A stretch of 64,000 bases of DNA from Akkermansiaceae bacterium (lineage in GTDB: Bacteria; Verrucomicrobiota; Verrucomicrobiia; Verrucomicrobiales; Akkermansiaceae). The stretch covers positions 330-64,329 of the forward strand of contig JANMGO010000038.1 of NCBI GenBank assembly GCA_031374665.1. The letters are read 5' to 3'. Below the pieces are notes generated by a model. The model worked only from the letters and a program-made list of their open reading frames with translations, was not told the origin of the DNA and made no database searches. Below are positions 53,416 through 61,971 of this stretch, in pieces. The translations under genes and the position numbers were made by a program. Position 1 is the stretch's first letter. Each line of letters begins with the position of its first letter.

Positions 53416-54681
53416 TCATCGGGTAAATTCGACCGAGGCATCCAGCGGTAGGTCGAGATGGATCTGGCTGGAATTGAGCGCAAGGGGCATGAAGGCACGA
53501 CTGCAGAAAGGGTAGGCGTCACCTAGGGCGATGTGGTTCGCGGCGTTTTCGTCGAGCAGGGTGTGATGAAAAAGGCGTGCAGAAGCTTGCCAAGTTGAGG
53601 ATCCATCTCCCGACGCGTCACGTTCGGTTGGGGAGCTATCCTCTAACAATGCCGGTAAAATGGCCACCTCACCAATCCGGCCGGAACTGTGGTCGGTTGC
53701 GAGCAGGTGTTGCAGCGCGTCTTGTCCAGTGCGGGAGCGGGCGCTTACGACTTTTCCTCGCAGGAACTCCAGTTCAATACCCTCGATCACGGTGCCACCA
53801 TGCGTGACCGGCCGGGCAATCCGCACAATGCCGCGGGCGGATTTCTTGTGCGGTGCAGTGAAAATTTCCTCGGTTGGCAGATTGACGACAAAGGGCACGC
53901 CGGCTTTGGAGGTGAGCTGGGCGTTACACCATACGTGCGAGCGGGTAAGGTCGAGCGTGAGGTCGGTGCCGTCACCTACGTAACGGATATGTCGGTGGCG
54001 TGCGGCGTTTAGCTCGTCGCGACGTCGGGCGAGGTTCGAGAGATGGGTGTGCCAGCGCTCGATAGGGTTGGATGTGGGATAGGCATTTTGCTCCGACGCT
54101 GTAGAGTCGTGAGGGGCCGCCACCCGCATCGCCTGAAACACGACCTCCCACAAGACATCGAAACTCATTCCAACGGCATCGGCCCATACGGACGAAGGGG
54201 CTGGCGCGAGTGTCCACTGGCTGGCACCACGGACGAGAGGTTGTATGATGGGGCCGAGGTGCCGCCATTTGATGCGATCGAAACGGGCCAATCGCTCGGC
54301 CGGTAAGCCGGACATGAGTAGTGGCTGGCTGCCCATAAGGAAAAGAAACGCCCCACCGCGCGCGAGGTGCTGTTGCATGCGCCGACTGTGGTTAGAAACC
54401 AAGATTTCGTAACCTCGCGTGTTATCGGTTTCCACCAATTCACGCAGCCGATCCGGGTCGGATTGAATGACTTCGATGGTGGAGTGAGAGCCTCCCGACT
54501 CTACCTCCAATTTTGAGACGACAGTCCGTATCGCTGCGACCAGTGTGTTGGTCTCTGGATGGACGCCCTGCAATTCATAGGGCTCGGTAATGAGAAGCGG
54601 TTGCCCAGGCTGGAGATTTAGCCCAACCCGTACGATGACTTCCCCCATGTCAGAGAGCTGGGAGGCGAAGTCAGATGTCAT
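53416..54681 (-). CDS. M29-family aminopeptidase (AmpS/aminopeptidase T-like)
   Basis: VGLNLQPGQPLLI lies near the N-terminus. The blocks NLPTEEIFTAP, RIGEVAI and LLDENAANHIALG are typical of peptidase M29. Confidence 0.7.
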   Translation of the reverse strand: MTSDFASQLSDMGEVIVRVGLNLQPGQPLLITEPYELQGVHPETNTLVAAIRTVVSKLEVESGGSHSTIEVIQSDPDRLRELVETDNTRGYEILVSNHSRRMQQHLARGGAFLFLMGSQPLLMSGLPAERLARFDRIKWRHLGPIIQPLVRGASQWTLAPAPSSVWADAVGMSFDVLWEVVFQAMRVAAPHDSTASEQNAYPTSNPIERWHTHLSNLARRRDELNAARHRHIRYVGDGTDLTLDLTRSHVWCNAQLTSKAGVPFVVNLPTEEIFTAPHKKSARGIVRIARPVTHGGTVIEGIELEFLRGKVVSARSRTGQDALQHLLATDHSSGRIGEVAILPALLEDSSPTERDASGDGSSTWQASARLFHHTLLDENAANHIALGDAYPFCSRAFMPLALNSSQIHLDLPLDASVEFTR

Positions 54682-54858
54682 GGTCGGAGTGTGTCATCTT
54701 GTTTAAACAATATAACTATTCACGCCCGCTATGGGTGTCAGCGTAAATTTTATAGGTCAGTGACGATTCTTAGTGGTTGTATAAGTATTTTTCTGGCGAC
54801 CTTAGACTTTAGACATTCAGACCTTCGACTTATTTCGTCGCCTTTTCCCCTTCCACAG

Positions 54859-54920
54859 ACGGCCCTCCAGTGTATTCTCCACGCTAGGTGAATAGCCAAT
54901 TTCTAACATTCATCCAAACC
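54859..54920 (+). repeat. ~62-bp direct repeat, copy 1
   Basis: ACGGCCCTCCAGTGTATTCTCCACGCTAGGTGAATAGCCAATTTCTAACATTCATCCAAACC. Confidence 0.7.
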
Positions 54921-54930
54921 GGTTTATTTT

Positions 54931-55194
54931 ATGAACGTGCTCCGCGTATTGCTGGCTGTGATCCATGTGCTTATCCCAGCTCTATCAATAGGTCTTTTTT
55001 CGCTGATTCAAAACCACACCTTTGAACTCGCCACCGGTCTTGAAAAAGAAGCGCAGGAAGTGGTTATGATGAAATGGTTTAATTACGAACTGATGGCCCT
55101 GTTTGTTCTGCCGCCTTTGGTTTCGTGGATTTGTCTGTGGCTATTTGAATGGTTCTCAGATGTGAGAAAACACGGAACCTTCCGATTTTATTGA
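54931..55194 (+). CDS. Small membrane protein (87 aa)
   Basis: It has two or three hydrophobic helices and an ATG start. No motif is recognisable. Confidence 0.4.
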   Translation: MNVLRVLLAVIHVLIPALSIGLFSLIQNHTFELATGLEKEAQEVVMMKWFNYELMALFVLPPLVSWICLWLFEWFSDVRKHGTFRFY

Positions 55195-55206
55195 TCGAGA
55201 AAATTA

Positions 55207-55440
55207 TTGATCAGTTTTGGCACATGGTCGCCCTTTGTAATGACATTTTTGATTTGGGGTGTCGCGTCTTCAATCGATATGGCCCTGGCGATGATTTCGA
55301 TTGTTGTTATCGTGCCAGCTCATATTTTTTATGGGGTTCTGGTATGGCTTGCTCTCCCTGAATATAGCACAAAGGTAAGATCCAAGATAACCTCCCAATC
55401 GCCTGCGATAGAAGGCCCTTCAATGTATTCTCCGCCCTAG
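55207..55440 (+). CDS. Small membrane protein (77 aa)
   Basis: It has two hydrophobic helices and an ATG start 13 nt after the upstream stop. No motif is recognisable. Confidence 0.4.
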   Translation: MISFGTWSPFVMTFLIWGVASSIDMALAMISIVVIVPAHIFYGVLVWLALPEYSTKVRSKITSQSPAIEGPSMYSPP

Positions 55441-55473
55441 GTAAAAGAGCAAATTCCTAGCATTCATTTCACC
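55412..55473 (+). repeat. ~62-bp direct repeat, copy 2
   Basis: AAGGCCCTTCAATGTATTCTCCGCCCTAGGTAAAAGAGCAAATTCCTAGCATTCATTTCACC. By manual alignment roughly three quarters of positions are identical to 54859-54920. Confidence 0.7.
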
Positions 55474-55540
55474 CCACGGATAGTATCCGAAGTTGGACGT
55501 TTCGAATTTTATCAGAGCTTATGGGGTGTATAGAATCGGG

Positions 55541-55900
55541 TTACTTTTTCTTTTTCTTCTCCTTCTCGTCAGCTTTAAACTTCTCTAATTCTTTGCCGAG
55601 TCCTAACATGTCTGAAATTTCAGATTTTGTCAGTGAGCTATCGCGGTTTTTATTGGCTTCGTCATATTCTTTACCAGCTGCTTCCTTGTCGGTTTCGTCG
55701 GCTAGGTATTCGTCGCGACGGACTGAGCCGTCCTTGTTCTTATCCTTCTCTTCGAGAAATTCATCGATGGCTTCGCGATCTTTTTCCTTGATGGCCCTTT
55801 CTTTTTCGCGGGCTTCTTTTTTTGGATCCTTCTTTTTGTCGGCCGCTTCAGTAGGCACGATGAGCATCAGAGCGGCGAGAAGTAGAATGAGTCTTTTCAT
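55541..55900 (-). CDS. Secreted Lys/Glu-rich protein with EF-hand-type calcium-binding loop(s)
   Basis: ATG at 55900 gives the signal peptide MKRLILLLAALMLIVPTEA. DKNKDGSVRRDE fits the 12-residue EF-hand loop (D-x-N-x-D-G-x5-E). A second, weaker loop is NKNRDSSLTKSE. Confidence 0.65.
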   Translation of the reverse strand: MKRLILLLAALMLIVPTEAADKKKDPKKEAREKERAIKEKDREAIDEFLEEKDKNKDGSVRRDEYLADETDKEAAGKEYDEANKNRDSSLTKSEISDMLGLGKELEKFKADEKEKKKKK

Positions 55901-56075
55901 AGGGAGTGGTAGCTGAATAATTTGGAAAAGTAGCCAAAAAATGGCCGAGCACAATCTCAATTGTGGTTTTTCTGGGTGTCTGATGAAAATCGTCTAGCGA
56001 GCGGATTCAATCCAAGTATTGAGGATTTCCACGGCGTGCTGCTGGTGTCGTCCATCCTTATCGCTCTGTGTTCTT

Positions 56076-56849
56076 TTACTTTGTCAGAAACGCCGTTAGA
56101 GGAGATGTGGCGTTTGCGGTCTGCGACTGTTCTGGTAGGCCGAGCTCGAAGGCGGTGCGGCCGGCTTGGACGGCTTGTTTGAAGGCGATGGCCATTTTCA
56201 CGGGATCGGAGGCGATGGCGATGGCGGTGTTGACAAGGACAGCATCGGCGCCGAGTTCCATGGCTTCTGCGGCGTGTGAGGGGGCGCCGATCCCGGCGTC
56301 GACGACGACGGGGACGATGGCTTGGGCGATGATGATGGCGATCTGATCGCGGGTGGTGATTCCTTTGTTAGAGCCGATGGGCGAACCGAGCGGCATGACT
56401 GTGGCGCATCCGCATTCCTGGAGGCGTTTCGCGAGGACGGGATCGGCGTTGATGTAGGGGAGGACGGTAAAACCTTCTTTGACTAAAATTTCAGCGGCTT
56501 TGAGGGTTTCGATGGGATCGGGGAGGAGATAGGTTGGATCGGGATGGATTTCGAGTTTGATCCATTTTGGTAGGCCGGCGGAATGAGCGAGACGTGCGAG
56601 GCGAACAGCTTCATCGGCATTCATCGCGCCGCTGGTGTTGGCGAGCAGGAGGTATTTTTCGGGATCGACGAAATCGAGGATGTTGGCGAACGGATCGTTT
56701 TTTCCGGAGAGGTCGGCGCGGCGAAGGGCGACGGTGACGATTTCGGTTCCCGAGGCGGCGAGGGCATCGCGCATGGATTCGTTAGAAGGGAATTTACCGG
56801 TTCCAAGAAAGAGGCGGGAAGAGAAAGTGCGGTCTGCGATTTTAAGCAT
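56076..56849 (-). CDS. thiG: Thiazole synthase
   Basis: It has [38 protein letters not shown] and [12 protein letters not shown]. Confidence 0.92.
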   Translation of the reverse strand: MLKIADRTFSSRLFLGTGKFPSNESMRDALAASGTEIVTVALRRADLSGKNDPFANILDFVDPEKYLLLANTSGAMNADEAVRLARLAHSAGLPKWIKLEIHPDPTYLLPDPIETLKAAEILVKEGFTVLPYINADPVLAKRLQECGCATVMPLGSPIGSNKGITTRDQIAIIIAQAIVPVVVDAGIGAPSHAAEAMELGADAVLVNTAIAIASDPVKMAIAFKQAVQAGRTAFELGLPEQSQTANATSPLTAFLTK

Positions 56850-56864
56850 GAAGTTTGCTAGTTT

Positions 56865-57479
56865 TCAGTTTGAAGTGTTCAGGGAAGAGAGTTTTTGTGC
56901 GAGCCAGAGTTCGAATTCCCGATGGTTGTTGATGTCGTATGGGTGGGTGTGGAAACCCAGTTGGTTACCGGTGGCGATGTTGGCAGTGAGGTCGTCGATG
57001 TAGAGAGTGTTTTCAGGGACGAGGGAGTATTTGTCGATAGCGTGTTGGTAGATTTCTGGCTGGGGTTTGATGGCACCGACTTCGTAGGATAAGATGGCGC
57101 CGTGAAACAGGGAGAATTCTGGGAAATTTTCGAAGATCCAAGGGGAGTGGATGCCGTTGATGTTGGAAAAGAGGATGAGGCGATGTCCTGCGGCGTGGAG
57201 TTTACGGACGGTTTCCCACATGGGTGGGTTGGGTGTGAAAATGTTGCGCCAAGCGTGGTGGAAGACTTCGGTGGTGGCATCGGATTCGAGCGTTTTGAGA
57301 GCCCAATGGGTGTAATTTTCGGTGCTGATCTGTCCGGCTTCGAACTCGTCTTTGCGGGCGAGTAATTTTTCGAGAGCAGCGGCGGGGTCTGGGTGATTGC
57401 TGGAGAGAAATTTGCGGAGGGACGTTTCAAAATTAAAGTCGAGGAGGACTTTTCCGATGTCGAAGAGGAAGTCTGGCAC
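56865..57479 (-). CDS. HAD-superfamily hydrolase (subfamily IA-like)
   Basis: GTG start. Motif I variant is FLFDIGKVLL, and motif IV is LYIDDLTANI. Length 204 aa. Confidence 0.7.
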   Translation of the reverse strand: MPDFLFDIGKVLLDFNFETSLRKFLSSNHPDPAAALEKLLARKDEFEAGQISTENYTHWALKTLESDATTEVFHHAWRNIFTPNPPMWETVRKLHAAGHRLILFSNINGIHSPWIFENFPEFSLFHGAILSYEVGAIKPQPEIYQHAIDKYSLVPENTLYIDDLTANIATGNQLGFHTHPYDINNHREFELWLAQKLSSLNTSN

Positions 57480-57490
57480 GGTGGTCGAAA

Positions 57491-57518
57491 CTTTAAATTT
57501 TAAACTCTAAATCACAAA
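57491..57518. repeat. 7-nt-periodic array (NNNTAAA)x4 upstream of the HAD gene start
   Basis: CTTTAAA TTTTAAA CTCTAAA TCACAAA. Confidence 0.65.
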
Positions 57519-57524
57519 TAATGA

Positions 57525-58628
57525 TTAGATATGTTTGAGGATGAAATTGGCGGCGGTGATGGCGCCGTTGTTGCAATTGTGTTTCGCGAGATTGCTTTTC
57601 ATGACACGCCAGTCAGCGGCGTTGTTTGCGAGAAGATTAAAGACAGCTTGGGTGAGGTCTTTGGGATCTTCTGCGAGGTCACCTGCGTGGAGATGTTGGA
57701 GGAGTTGGAGATTTCCTTCTTCTTGTCCGGGGACGAGGTGATGGATCAGCATCGGGCACTGCGCGGCGATGGCTTCATGAACGGTCGCGCCACCGGCTTT
57801 GCCGACTACGAGGTGGTGAGAGTTGAGGAGTTGCGGAACTTTTTTTGTCCAACCTAACAAGCGGACGCGGTTTGGATACTCGGCTTTGATTTCTGCTGCG
57901 CGTGAGTAGAGAGAACGGAAATTTTTCCCTAACACGATGGTGATATGGACATCGGGTGAGGCGTTGAGCAGGGCGCGGGAGTGACGTCGAACGAAAGGTT
58001 TTTTAGCGGTGGGAAAATAGAGGATGCGGAAAGGTTTGTGCGGTTCATCAATGCTCACGGGTGTGAGTGAAGTGAACATCGGGTTCACGGGGAAACCGGT
58101 GCTGATGATTTTGTTTTCCGGAATGCCCCATGAACTCATCGCATCGACCGTGACGCGGTCGGTGACGAGGAAGTAATCCGTTGGAGCGCGTAGCCAAGAG
58201 GCGTTGATTTCGATGGAGTCGGTGACGACGGTGAAAACGGGAAGACGTTTGCCGGTTTCTTGGAAATGGCGTTCGAGGAAGTAGGGATAAATGGGGTAGG
58301 TGGAAACGATGGCGTCCGGCTGGTATTCGTTGACGAGGGTTTGCAGGTAGCTTTCCGGGCGACGCATCAAGGGCATGCTTGGCTCAGAGAAATCGCATTG
58401 ATCGGTGGCGCGGTAGATTTTTTCCCAGATTTTCGGGAAATGGGTGGTGACCAAGCGGTAGCCCCATTGAATAACAGCGGTGGAATGCGGAGCGGAAAGC
58501 ACACAGGGATCGGCAACGTGGGCCTCCATCCCCAGTTTTTGGAAGGCCAGCGCGAGGTTGCGCGCAGCGCTGTTGTGTCCTTCACCGAATGCGGCGGTGA
58601 TGATGAGTATACGTTTTTTTGCCGACAT
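57525..58628 (-). CDS. MGDG-synthase-like diacylglycerol glycosyltransferase (GT28; UgtP/YpfP-type)
   Basis: The N-terminus KRILIITAAFGEGHNSAARNLALAF is the MGDG_synth signature. The C-terminal GT-B half has GKAGGATVHEAIAAQCPMLI. Confidence 0.75.
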   Translation of the reverse strand: MSAKKRILIITAAFGEGHNSAARNLALAFQKLGMEAHVADPCVLSAPHSTAVIQWGYRLVTTHFPKIWEKIYRATDQCDFSEPSMPLMRRPESYLQTLVNEYQPDAIVSTYPIYPYFLERHFQETGKRLPVFTVVTDSIEINASWLRAPTDYFLVTDRVTVDAMSSWGIPENKIISTGFPVNPMFTSLTPVSIDEPHKPFRILYFPTAKKPFVRRHSRALLNASPDVHITIVLGKNFRSLYSRAAEIKAEYPNRVRLLGWTKKVPQLLNSHHLVVGKAGGATVHEAIAAQCPMLIHHLVPGQEEGNLQLLQHLHAGDLAEDPKDLTQAVFNLLANNAADWRVMKSNLAKHNCNNGAITAANFILKHI

Positions 58629-58676
58629 CTTTAATTTGCTCGGGGCGACTTTAAAACAGAGTGCGGCATTGCGTCG

Positions 58677-59762
58677 ATGGACTTTTCTGCTTTCCTTGCT
58701 CCGCCGATGCAGAAAAAAGACAATCAGCCGAAATTACGAACTGTGGGCGAGAGTCCTGAGGGGGAAGTTTCGCCGTTGGAAGGCCGACCGATGGTTGAAA
58801 ATGAGAAAAAAGTGCGGTTGGAGGTTAAGGATAGGAGCGAATTAAAGTACAGGACGCATGAGCCAAAACTTGAGGAATGGGTGGGTCAGAAAGAGGCGAC
58901 CTTGGAGGATGAGTGGAACACCCACAAAGAACCGACGCGCTTGCACAAGGGATTTTGGATTCTAATCGCGCTGATTTTCGCAGCAGCGATCGCTTGGTTG
59001 GTTTTTGAAATTCCAAACCTGAAGCAGCAAAAAATCACGACCCAAGCGGACACAGTGAGTGAGAAAGAGCTTGAGCATCAGGCGCAGCGCGATGCTCTGC
59101 AGACAATTGCGACGATCAAAGAGGCTGTGAGGCAATTTTACGGAGCGAAGTCGGTGGATGAGATGTCAAAATATGTCAGGTACGCTGAGCGAGTTAGTCC
59201 GATGATGGTGGATTACTATTCCAAAAATCCGGTGAATGCATCTGAGGTGGTTTCGTTTCTTGATATGAATCCGTTGAGCATCGGATCTCGCGGTGGGTTT
59301 TGGGTGGTTCAAACAAAACTCCGTTCGGGTGTGGATGGAAAATTGGTGGTTGAGGTGACCAGTCCGACTGATGCGAAGGTGGATTGGGAAACGCATGTTT
59401 GTGCTCAGCCGATGGACTGGGAGCGCTTCGTGAAAGATCGGCCAGTGGGATATCGCGGGGATTTCCGCGTTTATGTTGAGCGGGAGGATTTTTACAACTA
59501 CGAGTTTGCAGATAGTAAAAAGTACCAAGCCTTCAGACTGACAACTTTGAATAGTTACGAGGTGATGTATGGGTATGTCCCAAGAAATACGCAGTCATTT
59601 CGAGTCATCGAGGAGTTGCTGGCACAAAATGGAAATCAAAAAGTGCCAGTGATGTTGCGGCTGTATTTGCAAGAAGGTTTGCAATCAAAGAGCGGAGTGC
59701 TGATTGAAGAAATTGTGGCACCGCGATGGTTGTTCCTAAATTCGTCGGAGGTGAAGAAGTGA
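58677..59762 (+). CDS. Hypothetical single-pass membrane protein (361 aa)
   Basis: It has a charged N-terminus, one TM (GFWILIALIFAAAIAWLVF) and a large extracytoplasmic domain. Its TGA stop shares one base with the next ATG (TGATG). Confidence 0.55.
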   Translation: MDFSAFLAPPMQKKDNQPKLRTVGESPEGEVSPLEGRPMVENEKKVRLEVKDRSELKYRTHEPKLEEWVGQKEATLEDEWNTHKEPTRLHKGFWILIALIFAAAIAWLVFEIPNLKQQKITTQADTVSEKELEHQAQRDALQTIATIKEAVRQFYGAKSVDEMSKYVRYAERVSPMMVDYYSKNPVNASEVVSFLDMNPLSIGSRGGFWVVQTKLRSGVDGKLVVEVTSPTDAKVDWETHVCAQPMDWERFVKDRPVGYRGDFRVYVEREDFYNYEFADSKKYQAFRLTTLNSYEVMYGYVPRNTQSFRVIEELLAQNGNQKVPVMLRLYLQEGLQSKSGVLIEEIVAPRWLFLNSSEVKK

Positions 59763-61939
59763 TGATGGAAGATCAACGAAAAATCACGCAGCCGTATCTT
59801 TTGAAAATCATCGGCGGGGTTAGTTTGTTTTTTGCGTTTCAATACGTGATCGCGCTCGTGCGCTTGAGTGGTGGCTCGGGGGCAATGAAAAACAAGTTCA
59901 GCGTGCTCGCGCAGGACAAGTATATGGATTTCCTGGTGATGCAGAATTTGTATGTGCTATTGGGCTACGCGATTCTAGCGATTTTATTCACAGTGGTTTT
60001 GTGTCCGATGGTGGATTTGATTTTGAGGAAATGGCCGAGCCGGAGCTGGTGGGTAGATGTGTTGGTGGGGCTGTGTGGAAGCTTTCTCATTCATGGATTT
60101 TTCACCCTGCGCTTGGTCAAGACGCGGCCGTATTTCTTAGACGATGCGAAGTTTGGGAATTGGTATTACGAAATTTTAAATATCGTGCCGGAGTCCGCAA
60201 AGCCTGCGGTTTTCTTTGTGATGTTCACGATTCTGCCGTGGGCGATTTTGGCTTACGTGGTTTTTTGGTATTACCGTTATCTGAGTAAAAAAGCGCGGGT
60301 TGTTGCAGGTGCGGTGATGTTGTGCTTGGTGGTCTTTCTTCTTTGGAAATTCAATCCAGCTTCCCCAACAGTGGATTTGGTTGAGAAAACGGCGGACAAA
60401 AAACGTTTGAATGTGATCATCATCGGATCGGATTCTTTGCGTGGAGATAAGCTCGGCTATGTGGGATACAACCCGCGTCGCACCGATGGAGCCGCTGCTG
60501 CTGGAGTTTCACCGAACATCGACGCACTCGCGAAGCACTCGATCAATTTATCAAATTGCCTGACGCCTATTGCGTCGACCTTGGAGTCTGGGACGACACT
60601 CATGAGCTCTCAGTATCCGCACACGCATGGATTCCGGCAGATGTATCCGAGTGAGGAAACCGTGAAGGCGGCGAAGGCGAGTATCTCTCCGATTGCAGAA
60701 ATTTTACGTAAAGAAGGATACGACACTGCAGCGATCGGTGATTGGTGTGCGGGATATTACGAAGTGATGCCGTTGGGTTTCGAGCACATTTCTGTTTCCA
60801 GCTTTGATAATTTCAAAATCTACATGAGTCAGGCAGTGGTGTTGGCGCACTTCGTGATTCCGCTCTATTTCGATCACGACATCGGCTATGACATTTTTCC
60901 ACAGTTGGGTTCGTTCGCTCAATTCGTAACGCCGAAAGTGGTGACGAACCGGGTAACGCAGCGTTTGGATCAGGTGGCGAAAACCGGTGAGCCGTTTTTC
61001 TGGCATGTGTTTTATTCCTGTAACCATCTGCCGTATCGGAATCCTGAACCGTATTCGAGTATGTTTACGGATCCACATTACGAAGGTTCTAATAAAAACG
61101 GCGTGGCGTTTGATATCGATGAATTCATTGGAGGAACGGATTTAGAAAATAAATGGAAGGCGCTGCCGGACAAGGAGATCCAGCAGATCCGGGATTTGTA
61201 TGATGGCTGCACGAGGCAGTTTGATCACAATGTCGGTGATATTTTAAAGGCTCTGAAAAAAAATCAGCTCTCCGATAACACCATCGTGATCATCACCGCG
61301 GATCATGGAGATAATCTTTACGAAGAAGGCGTGACTTTAGGTCATGGCCTGACGTTTAACGGCGGGCTTCAGGCGAATCATATTCCCTTGCTCGTGCGAC
61401 TTCCGAATGCGGAGCCGCGAACCATTCCTGAACAAGTGCGGCTGATTGATATCTTACCGACACTTGCCGATTTGCTCGAAGTCGAGAAGCCGACGAGCTG
61501 GGAAGGTCAGAGTTTTTCAAAATGGTTAGATGGAAGTGAAACACCGAAGAGTCGGGCTTTTTATGGTGAAACCGGTTTTCCTTTTATCCAGTTCCGGGTG
61601 AAAGGCATCGAGCGACCCAAGCTCCCACCGATGGATCAGATGACGTATATTGAAGAGACGTTCAATTATCAGTTCGTGTTGAAAAAAGAGTATGAACAGC
61701 CATTGGTCGCAGCGAAGCAGCGTTGCTTGGTGACCGAAAAATGGAAATTGATCTGCACGCCAACGATTGAAGGAAAACGCCACTTTGGGTTGTTTCAACG
61801 AGTGGGCGTGACGTTCGGTGAAGAAGACGTCTCAGCGAAACATCCACAAGTGCTTGAGCCGATGCGTGTGGCTTTGGAACGTTGGATGGACGAGCGCGTA
61901 GAGACTTCCTTGGATGCGATTTTTCCGAGTGGCGAGTAG
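59762..61939 (+). CDS. Polytopic membrane protein with extracytoplasmic sulfatase-like (alkaline-phosphatase superfamily) domain, LtaS/phosphotransferase-like architecture
   Basis: About five N-terminal TM helices are followed by NVIIIGSDSLRGD (metal-site block) and ITADHGDNLYE. The nucleophile region NCLTPIASTLESG lacks the C/S-x-P-x-R formylglycine motif of true sulfatases. Confidence 0.7.
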   Translation: MMEDQRKITQPYLLKIIGGVSLFFAFQYVIALVRLSGGSGAMKNKFSVLAQDKYMDFLVMQNLYVLLGYAILAILFTVVLCPMVDLILRKWPSRSWWVDVLVGLCGSFLIHGFFTLRLVKTRPYFLDDAKFGNWYYEILNIVPESAKPAVFFVMFTILPWAILAYVVFWYYRYLSKKARVVAGAVMLCLVVFLLWKFNPASPTVDLVEKTADKKRLNVIIIGSDSLRGDKLGYVGYNPRRTDGAAAAGVSPNIDALAKHSINLSNCLTPIASTLESGTTLMSSQYPHTHGFRQMYPSEETVKAAKASISPIAEILRKEGYDTAAIGDWCAGYYEVMPLGFEHISVSSFDNFKIYMSQAVVLAHFVIPLYFDHDIGYDIFPQLGSFAQFVTPKVVTNRVTQRLDQVAKTGEPFFWHVFYSCNHLPYRNPEPYSSMFTDPHYEGSNKNGVAFDIDEFIGGTDLENKWKALPDKEIQQIRDLYDGCTRQFDHNVGDILKALKKNQLSDNTIVIITADHGDNLYEEGVTLGHGLTFNGGLQANHIPLLVRLPNAEPRTIPEQVRLIDILPTLADLLEVEKPTSWEGQSFSKWLDGSETPKSRAFYGETGFPFIQFRVKGIERPKLPPMDQMTYIEETFNYQFVLKKEYEQPLVAAKQRCLVTEKWKLICTPTIEGKRHFGLFQRVGVTFGEEDVSAKHPQVLEPMRVALERWMDERVETSLDAIFPSGE

Positions 61940-61943
61940 GGAA

Positions 61944-61971
61944 GGTTCTTAGTTCTTAGTTCACTGCTCAC
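61944..61971. repeat. Heptamer-periodic array at a convergent gene junction
   Basis: GGTTCTT AGTTCTT AGTTCAC TGCTCAC. The last two units are of the NNNCACT type and overlap the stop codon of the minus-strand gene. Confidence 0.5.

Noticed and set aside
55521-55916. 131-aa plus-strand Ser/Phe-rich ORF
   Set aside because: It is antisense to the Lys/Glu-rich EF-hand protein gene. The minus frame has a signal peptide and a canonical EF-hand loop.
56850-57524. TPP riboswitch upstream of thiG
   Set aside because: thiG is only 15 nt downstream of the HAD gene. The region upstream of the HAD gene is a 45-nt A/T-rich heptamer array with no THI-box (CUGAGA...ACCUGA) features.
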